Below are positions 29,380 to 38,951 of a stretch of DNA of 48,742 bases, one piece after another. Position numbers and translations under genes: made by a program. The stretch's first letter is position 1. Each line of letters begins with the position of its first letter. The stretch comes from Candidatus Cryptobacteroides sp. Lineage in GTDB: Bacteria > Bacteroidota > Bacteroidia > Bacteroidales > UBA932. The stretch lies in the NCBI GenBank assembly GCA_045224955.1, contig JBGVAW010000051.1, forward strand, positions 1 through 48,742, written 5' to 3'. Under the pieces are notes generated by a model. That model made no database searches. It was not told where the DNA came from and saw nothing but the letters and a program-made list of their open reading frames with translations.

Positions 29380-31326
29380 ATGGCCGATAAATTAATTTCC
29401 AAAATTCCTGAAGGACCTTTGTCTCAAAAGTGGACAAAACGTAAGTCAGAAATCAGACTTGTAAGCCCTAACAACAAAAGGAAACTCGAAATTATTGTAG
29501 TTGGTACCGGTCTCGGAGGAGCTTCCGCAGCTGCTTCCCTTGGTGAACTTGGCTACAATGTTAAGATTTTCTGTATCAGTGATTCTCCGCGACGCGCACA
29601 TTCAATTGCAGCACAGGGAGGTATCAACGCCGCCAAGAATTATCAGAACGACAATGACTCTGTTTATCGTCTGTTCTACGATACAATCAAAGGTGGAGAC
29701 TACCGTGCCCGTGAAGCCAATGTATATCGTCTCGCAGAAGTTAGTGCTTCAATTATAGACCAGTGCGTAGCGCAGGGTATTCCTTTTGCCCGTGAATACG
29801 GCGGATATCTTGCAAACCGTTCTTTCGGTGGCGTACAGGTAAGCCGTACATTCTATGCCCGCGGTCAAACCGGACAGCAGCTCCTTCTTGGTGCTTATGC
29901 TTCCCTCAATAAGGAAATCGCAGCAGGAACCGTAAAGAGTTATCCCAGACACGAGATGCTTGACCTCGTTATTGTAAATGGCGAGGCTAAGGGTATCATC
30001 GCCCGCAATCTTGTTACCGGTAAACTTGAAAGATTCGGTGCCCACGCTGTTGTAATTGCTACCGGCGGTTACGGAAATACTTATTTCCTTTCTACCAATG
30101 CAATGAATTCCAATGGTTCTGCAGCTTGGCAGTGCTATAAGAAGGGTGCTTATTTTGCAAATCCTTGCTTTGCACAGATTCACCCTACCTGTATTCCTGT
30201 ACACGGTGACCAGCAGTGCAAACTTACACTTATGTCAGAGTCGCTCCGTAACGACGGACGTATCTGGGTTCCTAAGAAGAAGGAAGATGTAGAGAAACTT
30301 CGCAAGCGCGAGATTAAGCCTTCCCAGATTCCTGAGGAAGACAGAGATTACTATCTCGAGCGTCGTTATCCTGCATTCGGAAACCTTGTTCCCCGTGACG
30401 TTGCTTCACGTGCAGCCAAGGAGAGATGCGATGCCGGCTTTGGTGTAAACGAAACAGGTCTTGCAGTATTCCTTGATTTTGCAGACGCAATTAAACGTCT
30501 TGGACATCAGAGAGTTGCAGAGCGTTATGGCAACCTCTTCGATATGTACCAGAAGATCACAGCTTCTTCTCCTTGGGAAGAGCCTATGATGATTTATCCC
30601 GCTATCCATTATACAATGGGTGGTATCTGGGTAGATTACGATCTCCAGACCACTATCCCCGGACTCTATGCTATCGGCGAGGCTAACTTCTCCGATCACG
30701 GCGGCAACCGCCTTGGCGCTTCCGCCCTTATGCAGGGTTTGGCCGATGGTTACTTTGTAATTCCTGTAACCATAGGTGACTACCTCTCTCATAAGTTTGC
30801 AGAGCCTAAGACCGATACTTCCATTGCCGAGTTTGACGAGGCAGAGAAAGCTATCCAGGAGCGCATAGACAAGCTCTTTGCTATTAAGGGTACCAAGACA
30901 GTTGATTCCCTGCACAAGAAACTTGGTCACATTATGTGGGAGTATGTCGGTATGGCCCGTGAAGAGGAAGGTCTTAAGAAAGCCATTAAGGAAATCCAGG
31001 AACTTAAGAAAGAATTCTGGAGCGACGTACGTGTACCCGGTACTCAGTACGAGTTCAACCAGGAGCTTGAAAAAGCACTTCGTCTTGCAGACTTCATTGA
31101 GATTGGCGAACTTATGGCCCGCGACGCTCTTAACAGAAACGAATCTTGCGGTGGACACTTCCGCGTAGAGAGCCAGACAGAAGAGGGCGAGGCTAAGCGT
31201 GACGATGCTAACTTTATGTACGTTGCAGCTTGGGAGTACAAGGGCGAAGACAAAGAGCCTGAACTCCACAAAGAGCCACTCAAGTATGAATTTATCGAGG
31301 TTAAAACCAGAAACTACAAAGACTAA
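29380..31326 (+). CDS. sdhA: Succinate dehydrogenase/fumarate reductase flavoprotein subunit
   Basis: [58 protein letters not shown]. Confidence 0.97.
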   Translation: MADKLISKIPEGPLSQKWTKRKSEIRLVSPNNKRKLEIIVVGTGLGGASAAASLGELGYNVKIFCISDSPRRAHSIAAQGGINAAKNYQNDNDSVYRLFYDTIKGGDYRAREANVYRLAEVSASIIDQCVAQGIPFAREYGGYLANRSFGGVQVSRTFYARGQTGQQLLLGAYASLNKEIAAGTVKSYPRHEMLDLVIVNGEAKGIIARNLVTGKLERFGAHAVVIATGGYGNTYFLSTNAMNSNGSAAWQCYKKGAYFANPCFAQIHPTCIPVHGDQQCKLTLMSESLRNDGRIWVPKKKEDVEKLRKREIKPSQIPEEDRDYYLERRYPAFGNLVPRDVASRAAKERCDAGFGVNETGLAVFLDFADAIKRLGHQRVAERYGNLFDMYQKITASSPWEEPMMIYPAIHYTMGGIWVDYDLQTTIPGLYAIGEANFSDHGGNRLGASALMQGLADGYFVIPVTIGDYLSHKFAEPKTDTSIAEFDEAEKAIQERIDKLFAIKGTKTVDSLHKKLGHIMWEYVGMAREEEGLKKAIKEIQELKKEFWSDVRVPGTQYEFNQELEKALRLADFIEIGELMARDALNRNESCGGHFRVESQTEEGEAKRDDANFMYVAAWEYKGEDKEPELHKEPLKYEFIEVKTRNYKD

Positions 31327-31332
31327 GAAGCT

Positions 31333-32076
31333 ATGGATTTCAATTTAAAGATATGGCGTCAGAAAAACGCTAAGGAAAAAGGACATTTCGAGACATACCA
31401 TATTTCCGGGATTGAAGAAGATGCTTCTTTCCTTGAGATGCTGGATATTCTGAACGAGCAGCTTATCCGTGAGGGTTGCGACCCTGTAGCCTTCGATCAC
31501 GATTGCCGTGAGGGTATCTGCGGTGCTTGTTCACTTTATATCGACGGCCGCGCACACGGTCCGGACGACCACGTAACCACTTGCCAGCTCTTTATGCGTC
31601 ATTTTAAGGATGGTGCAACCATTACTGTAGAGCCTTGGAGAAGCGCAGGTTTCCCTGTAATCAAAGACCTTGTCGTAGATAGATCTGCATTTGACAAGAT
31701 TCTTCAGGCAGGCGGCTTTATTTCTGTACGTACCGGTTCAGCACAGGATGCCAACAATATTCTTATTCCTCACGACAAGGCAGAGAAGAGTATGGACGCT
31801 GCTGCCTGCGTAGGTTGCGGTGCTTGCGTAGCAACCTGTAAAAACGGCTCTGCAATGCTCTTTGTAGGTGCAAGGGTAAGTTCATTGGCTTTGCTTCCTC
31901 AGGGCCGTCCTGAGGCCCAGAAACGCGCCCGCGCTATGGTTGCCAAGATGGATGAACTTGGATTTGGTAACTGCACCAATACCCGTGCCTGCGAGATGGA
32001 GTGCCCTAAGGGTATCTCTGTAGAGCATATCGCCAGACTCAACTATGAGTTCCTGTCTGCAAAGTTCAAACAGTAA
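31333..32076 (+). CDS. sdhB: Succinate dehydrogenase/fumarate reductase iron-sulfur subunit
   Basis: [32 protein letters not shown] clusters. Confidence 0.97.
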   Translation: MDFNLKIWRQKNAKEKGHFETYHISGIEEDASFLEMLDILNEQLIREGCDPVAFDHDCREGICGACSLYIDGRAHGPDDHVTTCQLFMRHFKDGATITVEPWRSAGFPVIKDLVVDRSAFDKILQAGGFISVRTGSAQDANNILIPHDKAEKSMDAAACVGCGACVATCKNGSAMLFVGARVSSLALLPQGRPEAQKRARAMVAKMDELGFGNCTNTRACEMECPKGISVEHIARLNYEFLSAKFKQ

Positions 32077-32094
32077 TCAGTTGATTATAAATAG

Positions 32095-32130
32095 AAAAAA
32101 GGACCTGAATTTTTTTCGGGTCCTTTTTTT
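32095..32130. terminator. Bidirectional intrinsic terminator (sdhB / hflX)
   Basis: AAAAAAGGACCTGAA ... TTCGGGTCCTTTTTTT stem-loop with A/T tails between convergent genes. Confidence 0.85.
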
Positions 32131-32132
32131 GT

Positions 32133-33326
32133 TTACCAAAGAAAATTATTAAACGGATAGCGGCCGGAATGAATCTCTGCCACCATCTTGTAAATATCGT
32201 TCCGTAATTTGGGAATACCAATCTTTTCCTTTGCCGATATAAATATACAAGGTGTCTTCTCCCCTGCTATCCAGCTGTTCTTTAATTCTTCCAGGGAAAG
32301 ATTGTACTTTTCCTTGGGTTCCAGGCTGAACTCGTCGTATTCCTGATATTGGTAAGCATCAATCTTGTTGAATATCACGTATATAGGTTTATTGTCGGCC
32401 TTGATATCCCTTAGAGTCTTTTCTACCGTAGTCATCTGTTCCTCGAAGTCCGGGGCCGATATATCCACGACGTGTACTAAAACGTCTGCCTCGCGAACCT
32501 CGTCAAGAGTGCTTTTAAAGGCCTCTATAAGCTGCGTAGGAAGCTTTCTTATAAAACCTACGGTATCGCTGAGCAAGAAGGGTACATTGTCTATTACAAC
32601 CTTTCTTACGGTGGTGTCAAGGGTAGCGAACAGCTTATTTTCTGCAAAGACATTGGACTTTGAAAGCAGGTTCATTATGGTGCTTTTACCCACGTTTGTA
32701 TAGCCAACCAGCGCAAGCCTTACAAGGCTGCCTCTGTTGCCTCTCTGGGTGGCCATCTGGCGGTCTACTTTCTTTAAATCTTCTTTAAGTTTGCTTATCC
32801 TGTCCTTTACTATACGGCGGTCTATCTCTATCTGGGTCTCACCCATACCTCCTCTGGTTCCTACGCCTCCTCTCTGCCTTTCAAGGTGGGTCCACATACC
32901 TGCCAGACGCGGAAGCATATAGTTGTACCTGGCCAGTTCTACCTGCATCTTGGCATAGGAGGTCTTTGCTCTCTGCGCAAAAATTTCCAGAATAAGGCTT
33001 GTACGGTCTATAACAGCGGTTCCTTTTACTACCTTTTCTATATTTCTTTGCTGGATACCGCTAAGTTCATCGTCGAAAATAACATAGTTTATAGCCTTTT
33101 CCTGGCAATAGTCGGCCACTTCCTGCAGTTTTCCGCTTCTTATATAAGTGGAACTCTCAGGCTTTGACAGTTTCTGTACAAACTGCTTGTCACCTTCTAT
33201 GCCGGCTGTTTCTGCAAGAAACTGAAGCTCGTCAAGATACTCTTTTACCTTGCGCTCGGTTTCTCCTTCGCGGATTATACCCACGAATACGGCTTTTCCC
33301 GTTACCTGTATTTCTTCTTCTGCCAT
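32133..33326 (-). CDS. hflX: GTPase HflX
   Basis: [48 protein letters not shown]. Confidence 0.97.
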   Translation of the reverse strand: MAEEEIQVTGKAVFVGIIREGETERKVKEYLDELQFLAETAGIEGDKQFVQKLSKPESSTYIRSGKLQEVADYCQEKAINYVIFDDELSGIQQRNIEKVVKGTAVIDRTSLILEIFAQRAKTSYAKMQVELARYNYMLPRLAGMWTHLERQRGGVGTRGGMGETQIEIDRRIVKDRISKLKEDLKKVDRQMATQRGNRGSLVRLALVGYTNVGKSTIMNLLSKSNVFAENKLFATLDTTVRKVVIDNVPFLLSDTVGFIRKLPTQLIEAFKSTLDEVREADVLVHVVDISAPDFEEQMTTVEKTLRDIKADNKPIYVIFNKIDAYQYQEYDEFSLEPKEKYNLSLEELKNSWIAGEKTPCIFISAKEKIGIPKLRNDIYKMVAEIHSGRYPFNNFLW

Positions 33327-33334
33327 TCTTTCTT

Positions 33335-33376
33335 AAAAATGGGCGATGACCGATTTCGGCCACCGCCCTCTTTTTT
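33335..33376 (-). terminator. Terminator-like hairpin between tonB and hflX
   Basis: Minus strand GGGCGGTGGCCG-AAAT-CGGTCATCGCCC (33368-33341; two G-U pairs) followed by ATTTTT. Confidence 0.7.
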
Positions 33377-33392
33377 GATCAAAAAATCTTCT

Positions 33393-34085
33393 TTACCTAA
33401 GCTGGAAGATAACCGGGAAGGTATAATTTACCTTTACGGCGCGGTCTCTCTGCTTGCCAGGTTTCCACTTAGGAGATTTGGAAACAACTCTTACAGCCTC
33501 TTTGTCGAGTGAAGGGTCAACTCCACGAAGAACAGTAACGTTGGAAACAGAACCATCGGCATTTACGGTAAAGCGCAGTGTTACACGACCCTGCACACCG
33601 TTCTCCTTTGCAATCTCAGGATACTCCAGGTGCTTGTTCACCCATTTACTGAACTCGTTTGCATCTCCGCCATTGAAAGAAGGTTTCTCCTCTACCATAT
33701 AAAAATCGATAGGGGCATCATCAATAACCTCTTCCTGTGCCTCTTCAACATAATCCATGATTTCTACACCCATTGATGCATCATCCTCAAGGCTCTGGAA
33801 CATATCAGAGTCAACCTTGATGTCGTCATCAACGATGTTGATTTCGTCGGAGAGTACGGGAATCTTGGGAGCAAGCTCGGGCGGCGGAGGAGTGGATTCC
33901 GTGATAGGAATGATCTCCTCTTCCTCTGCTATCCTCTCTTCTGCCTCAAGGGTAGAAACGATAGCCTCGCGAGAGGTGTGCTCGAAGACTCTCCATACAA
34001 TGAAGAGAGCGGCAACGAGACCAATCTCAAGAAAAAGCAGTCTTTTTGCGTTCAGACTAGCTCTTTTGGACTTTTTGATTTCCAT
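33393..34085 (-). CDS. tonB: Energy transducer TonB
   Basis: MEIKKS..ASL + TM, proline/acidic linker, VEEKPSFNGG, LEYPEIAKENGVQGRV, LDKEAVRVV, WKPG, PVIFQLR. Confidence 0.93.
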   Translation of the reverse strand: MEIKKSKRASLNAKRLLFLEIGLVAALFIVWRVFEHTSREAIVSTLEAEERIAEEEEIIPITESTPPPPELAPKIPVLSDEINIVDDDIKVDSDMFQSLEDDASMGVEIMDYVEEAQEEVIDDAPIDFYMVEEKPSFNGGDANEFSKWVNKHLEYPEIAKENGVQGRVTLRFTVNADGSVSNVTVLRGVDPSLDKEAVRVVSKSPKWKPGKQRDRAVKVNYTFPVIFQLR

Positions 34086-34166
34086 AATTAAACTTAATTA
34101 ATCTTGGTTTGCGTCGCTAAATTAGGCACATTTATCCGTAATTCCAATTATTTATACTTTTTATTG

Positions 34167-34174
34167 TATTTTTG
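34167..34174 (+). promoter_or_regulatory. -7 promoter element of ybeY-mnmG
   Basis: TATTTTTG 23 nt upstream of the ybeY ATG. Confidence 0.6.
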
Positions 34175-34197
34175 CATACTGAAAAACCACCTTAGGT

Positions 34198-34623
34198 ATG
34201 ATTAGTTACTTTTTTGAGGATACAAAGTTTGTTTTCAAGAACAGGAGAATATGCAATTCCTGGCTGAAGGCCGTAGCCGAATCAGAGATTAAAAGACTTG
34301 GCGCCATCAACATTATCTTTTGTTCTGACAATTACATACTTGACGTCAATCAAAGGTATCTGCAGCACGATTATTTTACGGACATCATAACCTTTGATTA
34401 TTGCGAGGGCAATACTTTGTCCGGGGATTTATTTATCAGTGTTGATTCCGTTCGGGAGAATGCCATTTTTTATAAAACGGAATTTAAGGAGGAACTTGAC
34501 AGGGTGATAGTTCACGGCCTTCTTCATCTGATTGGATACGACGACCACACCCCCTCCCAGCAGGAACAGATGCGCAGTAAAGAGAATTACTACCTTGAGG
34601 TAAAGAGGCAGATGTTTCCATAG
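34198..34623 (+). CDS. ybeY: rRNA maturation RNase YbeY
   Basis: YLQHDYFTDIITF, GDLFIS, HGLLHLIGYDDH. Confidence 0.96.
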   Translation: MISYFFEDTKFVFKNRRICNSWLKAVAESEIKRLGAINIIFCSDNYILDVNQRYLQHDYFTDIITFDYCEGNTLSGDLFISVDSVRENAIFYKTEFKEELDRVIVHGLLHLIGYDDHTPSQQEQMRSKENYYLEVKRQMFP

Positions 34624-34632
34624 TCGATACTT

Positions 34633-36624
34633 ATGGTTCAGGATTACGATATAATTGTTATCGGCGGAGGTCACGCCGGCTGCGAGGCCGCGATGGCCGC
34701 CGCGAATATGGGCTCTTCCGTTCTTCTGATTTCTATGGATCTTGACGGATTTGCCAGGATGTCCTGTAACCCTTCGATAGGCGGAATTGCCAAAGGACAG
34801 ATTGTCCGGGAGATTGATGCGCTTGGCGGATGGACAGGTATAGTAACAGACCAGGCCACCCTCCAATTCAGGATGCTCAACCGTTCAAAGGGTCCTGCTA
34901 TGTGGAGTCCGCGCGCTCAGTGCGATAAAAGGGCCTTTTCTCTTTACTGGCGTAGAATACTCGAAACTAATTGTAAATTAAGTACTTACGGAGATTTAGC
35001 GACAGAATTCCTCTTTGAGAATCAAAAAATTTGCGGTGTCCGTACTCTTACCGGGGCAATATTTAACTGTAAAGCAGTAATATTTACTGCCGGAACCTTT
35101 CTTGGAGGAAAACTCTTCATCGGACTCAATAATTTTCCCGGAGGCCGCATAGGAGAAAAATCTTCTTACGGACTAACCGAACAACTGGTCCAAAGAGGCA
35201 TTCCCTCTTACCGGATGAAAACCGGAACACCTCCGAGAATAGACATCAGAAGCATCGACCTTTCCAAGTCGATAATTCAGAAAGGTGATGATAAGCCGGA
35301 GAAGTTTTCTTACCTTCCCTACCTCTCCCCTATCCAGAATGGCAAGCCTCAGATGGATTGCTATATCTTCCATACCAACGAGAAAGTTCATTCCACTCTT
35401 AAGGAAGGATTCAAGGACTCTCCTCTTTTTACCGGAATGATTCACGGAAGAGGCCCGCGTTATTGCCCTAGCATAGAAGACAAACTTCATACTTTTTCCG
35501 ATAAGGATTCTCATCAGTTATTCCTTGAGCCGGAGGGCAGGAATACTTACGAGTACTACCTTCAGGGATTTTCTTCATCCCTTCCTTTGTCTGTACAGTT
35601 CGATGCTCTTAAACAGATGGACGGCTTCCAAAATGTCAAGTTGCTCAAGCCGGCCTATGCTGTGGAGTACGACTATTTCGACCCTCTATATCTCAAGGCT
35701 TCCCTGGAGTCTAAGGTGGTGGAGAATCTTTTTATTGCTGGGCAGCTTAATGGTACAACCGGATATGAAGAGGCCGCTGCTCAGGGTCTGATGGCCGGAA
35801 TAAACGCTCATCTTAAACTGGCAGAAAAGGAGCCCTTGATTCTTTCCAGAGACCAGGCTTATATTGGAGTTTTGATAGATGATCTTATAACAAAGGGCGT
35901 GGACGAACCGTATAGAATGTTCACCTCCAGGGCTGAATACAGGATTCTTCTAAGGCAGGATAATGCGGACTTCAGACTTACGGAGTTGTCTCATAATATT
36001 GGTTTGAGTTCAGATTACAGATATGAATATACCTGTAAAAAGTATCAAGACGTTGCATCCGTAACAGAGCTTCTGCCTCAGGTAAAAGTCCGCCCTACTG
36101 CTATTAATGAGTATCTTTCTTCAGTTGCTTCTCCTGAAATATCCTCTACCAAGACCCTGGAAGATATCACATCCAGACCTAATACTAATCTTTGCGATAT
36201 TTTGAATTTTGTTCCACGTGGAACAAAAGTAGATAAAGTAAAAGAGGTTCCTCAGTTGCCGTTTGAAATTAAGCCTCACGTCGAGACTTTCCCCTGTATT
36301 CAGGAGGTTGTTTCAGGACCAGCCGAGTCCGACAGTTTTACCAAGGTTGAGGAAATGTATAGGACTCAGGTTTTGGACAGCGTCGAGGTCAGTCTAAAAT
36401 ATAAGGGATATATCGATAGGGAAAAAGTACTCGCCGATAAGCTTCGCAGGTTAGAGTACATTGTTATTCCGGAGGGTTACGATTTTAGCAGAATTACCGG
36501 TTTATCTATTGAGTGCCGTCAGAAATTAGAAAAATATCGCCCGGCCACAATTGGCCAGGCGTCCAGAATTTCCGGGGTCTCCCCTTCTGATATTTCTGTT
36601 CTTTTGATTTATTTCAACAGATAA
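34633..36624 (+). CDS. mnmG: tRNA uridine-5-carboxymethylaminomethyl modification enzyme MnmG (GidA)
   Basis: VIGGGHAGCEAA, MSCNPSIGG, KTGTPPR, GPRYCPSIEDK, AGQLNGTTGYEEAAAQG, EPYRMFTSRAEYR, ASRISGV. Confidence 0.97.
   Translation: MVQDYDIIVIGGGHAGCEAAMAAANMGSSVLLISMDLDGFARMSCNPSIGGIAKGQIVREIDALGGWTGIVTDQATLQFRMLNRSKGPAMWSPRAQCDKRAFSLYWRRILETNCKLSTYGDLATEFLFENQKICGVRTLTGAIFNCKAVIFTAGTFLGGKLFIGLNNFPGGRIGEKSSYGLTEQLVQRGIPSYRMKTGTPPRIDIRSIDLSKSIIQKGDDKPEKFSYLPYLSPIQNGKPQMDCYIFHTNEKVHSTLKEGFKDSPLFTGMIHGRGPRYCPSIEDKLHTFSDKDSHQLFLEPEGRNTYEYYLQGFSSSLPLSVQFDALKQMDGFQNVKLLKPAYAVEYDYFDPLYLKASLESKVVENLFIAGQLNGTTGYEEAAAQGLMAGINAHLKLAEKEPLILSRDQAYIGVLIDDLITKGVDEPYRMFTSRAEYRILLRQDNADFRLTELSHNIGLSSDYRYEYTCKKYQDVASVTELLPQVKVRPTAINEYLSSVASPEISSTKTLEDITSRPNTNLCDILNFVPRGTKVDKVKEVPQLPFEIKPHVETFPCIQEVVSGPAESDSFTKVEEMYRTQVLDSVEVSLKYKGYIDREKVLADKLRRLEYIVIPEGYDFSRITGLSIECRQKLEKYRPATIGQASRISGVSPSDISVLLIYFNR
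36210..36225. promoter_or_regulatory. parS centromere-like site inside mnmG
   Basis: TGTTCCACGTGGAACA, a perfect 16-bp palindrome matching the parS consensus TGTTNCACGTGNAACA; extends to 22 bp (36207-36228). Confidence 0.9.
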
Positions 36625-36626
36625 TT

Positions 36627-37220
36627 TCAGAGTCTCTTAAGGGCTTCTTTAATCAGCATCTCCACTTTAATACCGGGATTATTCCGAATAATATCCGGCA
36701 GTACTTTGTAAATATTTGCCTTTGCAAAGCCAAGCATAACAAGAGCGGTTGCGGCTTCTTCTGCAATAAGAGAGTCTTGTCCGGGAGTAACAAGGGCAGA
36801 AGCTGTGTCTGCTCCCCCACCCTTCACTATCTTATCCTTCAGCTCCAGAACCACACGCTGGGCGCTCTTTAGACCTATGCCCTTTACGCTCTTTATCCTG
36901 TGGATATCTTCTGCAATTATGGCGTTGCGAATCTCCTCTGCTGTAAGAGAAGAAAGCATCATCCTGGCAGAACTTACGCCAATTCCGGATACGCTTATAA
37001 GGAGTTTGAAGAGTTCCCTCTCGTCTTTATCCGCAAAGCCGTAAAAAGTATTCTCATCTTCTCTAATATATTGATATACAAAGATTTGAGCCTTTTCTTT
37101 ACCTTGCAAAAACTCGTAAGTCTGGAGGGAGATCAGCATCTCGTAACCCACTCCCCCGCACTCTATTACAGTGCGTGTGGGCTGCAGTTCCACGATGTCT
37201 CCTTTGATATAATCGTACAT
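36627..37220 (-). CDS. ruvA: Holliday junction branch migration protein RuvA
   Basis: MYDYIKG, GGVGYE, IRED..FYGF, LISVSGIG, VKGIGLKSAQRVVLELKDK, ALVMLGF. Confidence 0.97.
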   Translation of the reverse strand: MYDYIKGDIVELQPTRTVIECGGVGYEMLISLQTYEFLQGKEKAQIFVYQYIREDENTFYGFADKDERELFKLLISVSGIGVSSARMMLSSLTAEEIRNAIIAEDIHRIKSVKGIGLKSAQRVVLELKDKIVKGGGADTASALVTPGQDSLIAEEAATALVMLGFAKANIYKVLPDIIRNNPGIKVEMLIKEALKRL

Positions 37221-37258
37221 AATACTTTCCTATATAAAGAATAAAACAAGTCTGTCTG

Positions 37259-37286
37259 CAAAAGTAATGAAAATTTAATAAATTTG
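37259..37286. promoter_or_regulatory. Divergent -7 elements (ruvA / sufS)
   Basis: TACTTTTG on minus (37259-37266), TAAATTTG on plus (37279-37286). Confidence 0.65.
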
Positions 37287-37292
37287 CAGGCT

Positions 37293-38522
37293 ATGGATAT
37301 TCAAGAAATAAGAAGCCACTTCCCTATTCTGTCCCGCACCGTAGCGGGCGGTCGTCAGCTTGTGTATCTGGACAACGCAGCCACAAGCCAGCGGCCAAAG
37401 GAGGTAATAGATAAATACTCTTCCCTGTCGTCAGAGAAAAACGCCAACATTCACAGGGCTGTTCATACCCTGGCTGCGGAGGCTACTGACGAGTACGAAG
37501 GCACGCGCGCGGTGGTTGCAGAATTTATCAATGCAGCATCGGCTAAAGAAATAATATTTACCTCGGGGGCTACGGCCTCTATAAATACCGTGGCTTATTC
37601 CTTTGGGGAGGCTTTTATCGGGCAGGGCGACAATATCATAGTTACGCAGGCCGAGCACCACTCCAACATTGTTCCCTGGCAGATGCTTGCCGCAAGAAAG
37701 GGAGCAGAGGTAAAATATATTCCGGTAGATGAGGATGGTCATCTTGAGATTGAAAAGCTGGAAACACTGATAGACAGCCACACCAAAATAGTAGCTATCT
37801 CTCATATATCCAATGTGTTAGGCCTTGTAAATCCGGTAAAGGACATTGTAAGGATAGCACACGGCAGGGGAGTGCCTGTTTTGGTCGATGGCGCCCAGGG
37901 CATTGTTCACGAGAAGGTTGACGTACAGGACCTCGACTGCGATTTTTACGCCTTTTCCGGCCATAAAATGTATGCAGCGCCTTTTACCGGCGTGCTCTAC
38001 GGAAAGAAGGCCCTGCTGGACAAGATGCCGCCGTTCCTTGGCGGGGGAGAGATGATTGCAACGGTAAGCCTTACCAAAGGAACAACTTACGCTCCTGTGC
38101 CCGGAAAGTTCGAGGCCGGAACACAGAATCTATCCGGCGTTCCTACCTTGGTAGAGGCTATCAAGTTTGCTAAGTTGCTAAGAACCAAGGAAGTAGATGA
38201 TTATCAGGCGCAGCTTCAGGCCTACGTTATGGAGGAACTGCAGCGCGACCAAAGAATTAAATTATACGGTGTTCCACGCGGAACAATCACCAAGATACCG
38301 CTTTTCTCCATCAGCGTAGAAGGTGCGCATCACGAGGATCTGGCTCTTATTCTGGACAAAATGGGTATAGCAGTGAGGTCCGGCCAGATGTGCGCAGAGC
38401 CGCTTATGGACCGCTTTGGAGTAACCGGAATGCTGCGTGCCTCATTTGCGCCATACAACACAATGCAGGAGGCAGAGGCCTTTATAAAAGGTCTGGAAAG
38501 AGCTATTAAAATGTTGATATAG
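37293..38522 (+). CDS. sufS: Cysteine desulfurase, SufS type
   Basis: YLDNAATSQRP, EHHSNIVPWQ, LVDGAQ, FSGHKMY (PLP Lys), RSGQMCA, RASF..YNT. Start ATG 37293. Confidence 0.92.
   Translation: MDIQEIRSHFPILSRTVAGGRQLVYLDNAATSQRPKEVIDKYSSLSSEKNANIHRAVHTLAAEATDEYEGTRAVVAEFINAASAKEIIFTSGATASINTVAYSFGEAFIGQGDNIIVTQAEHHSNIVPWQMLAARKGAEVKYIPVDEDGHLEIEKLETLIDSHTKIVAISHISNVLGLVNPVKDIVRIAHGRGVPVLVDGAQGIVHEKVDVQDLDCDFYAFSGHKMYAAPFTGVLYGKKALLDKMPPFLGGGEMIATVSLTKGTTYAPVPGKFEAGTQNLSGVPTLVEAIKFAKLLRTKEVDDYQAQLQAYVMEELQRDQRIKLYGVPRGTITKIPLFSISVEGAHHEDLALILDKMGIAVRSGQMCAEPLMDRFGVTGMLRASFAPYNTMQEAEAFIKGLERAIKMLI
38270..38285. promoter_or_regulatory. Second parS site (1 mismatch) inside sufS
   Basis: TGTTCCACGCGGAACA, one change from the mnmG site. 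Confidence 0.8.
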
Positions 38523-38523
38523 A

Positions 38524-38934
38524 ATGAATAGTCAGGAGACTACAGCTGCAATAATAGAGACCTTCTCTATGTACGACGAGTGGCTGGACAAGTATGAATA
38601 CCTTATAGAACTTGGCAAGGCCCTGGAGCCTTACCCGGAAGAGGAAAAGACAGAGGAGAACCTTATAAAGGGTTGTCAGTCAAGAGTTTGGCTTGATTCC
38701 CAATTTGACGGCGAGCGCCTATGGTTCAGGGCCGACAGCGACGCAATAATTACAAAGGGAATAATTTCTTTGCTGATTAGCGTTTACAGCGGCCGCACCC
38801 CCGCAGAGATACTCGCCGACGACTTTTCTTTCGTAGAGAAAATTGGCCTCAAGGAGAATTTGTCTCCCACAAGGGCAAACGGCCTGGTGTCTATGATAGA
38901 AACAATCCGCCTCAGGGCAGGGGAGAGGGCTTAA
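38524..38934 (+). CDS. sufE: SufE sulfur acceptor
   Basis: KYEYLIELG, IKGCQSRVW, ADSDAIITKG, LSPTRANGL. Confidence 0.95.
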   Translation: MNSQETTAAIIETFSMYDEWLDKYEYLIELGKALEPYPEEEKTEENLIKGCQSRVWLDSQFDGERLWFRADSDAIITKGIISLLISVYSGRTPAEILADDFSFVEKIGLKENLSPTRANGLVSMIETIRLRAGERA

Positions 38935-38951
38935 AGAAAAGAGAAAAGAAG

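Noticed and set aside
25000-37300. Low-GC region as a genomic island or prophage
   Set aside because: It contains essentially only core genes; no integrase, att repeats, tRNA or phage genes; the change appears gradual rather than sharp.
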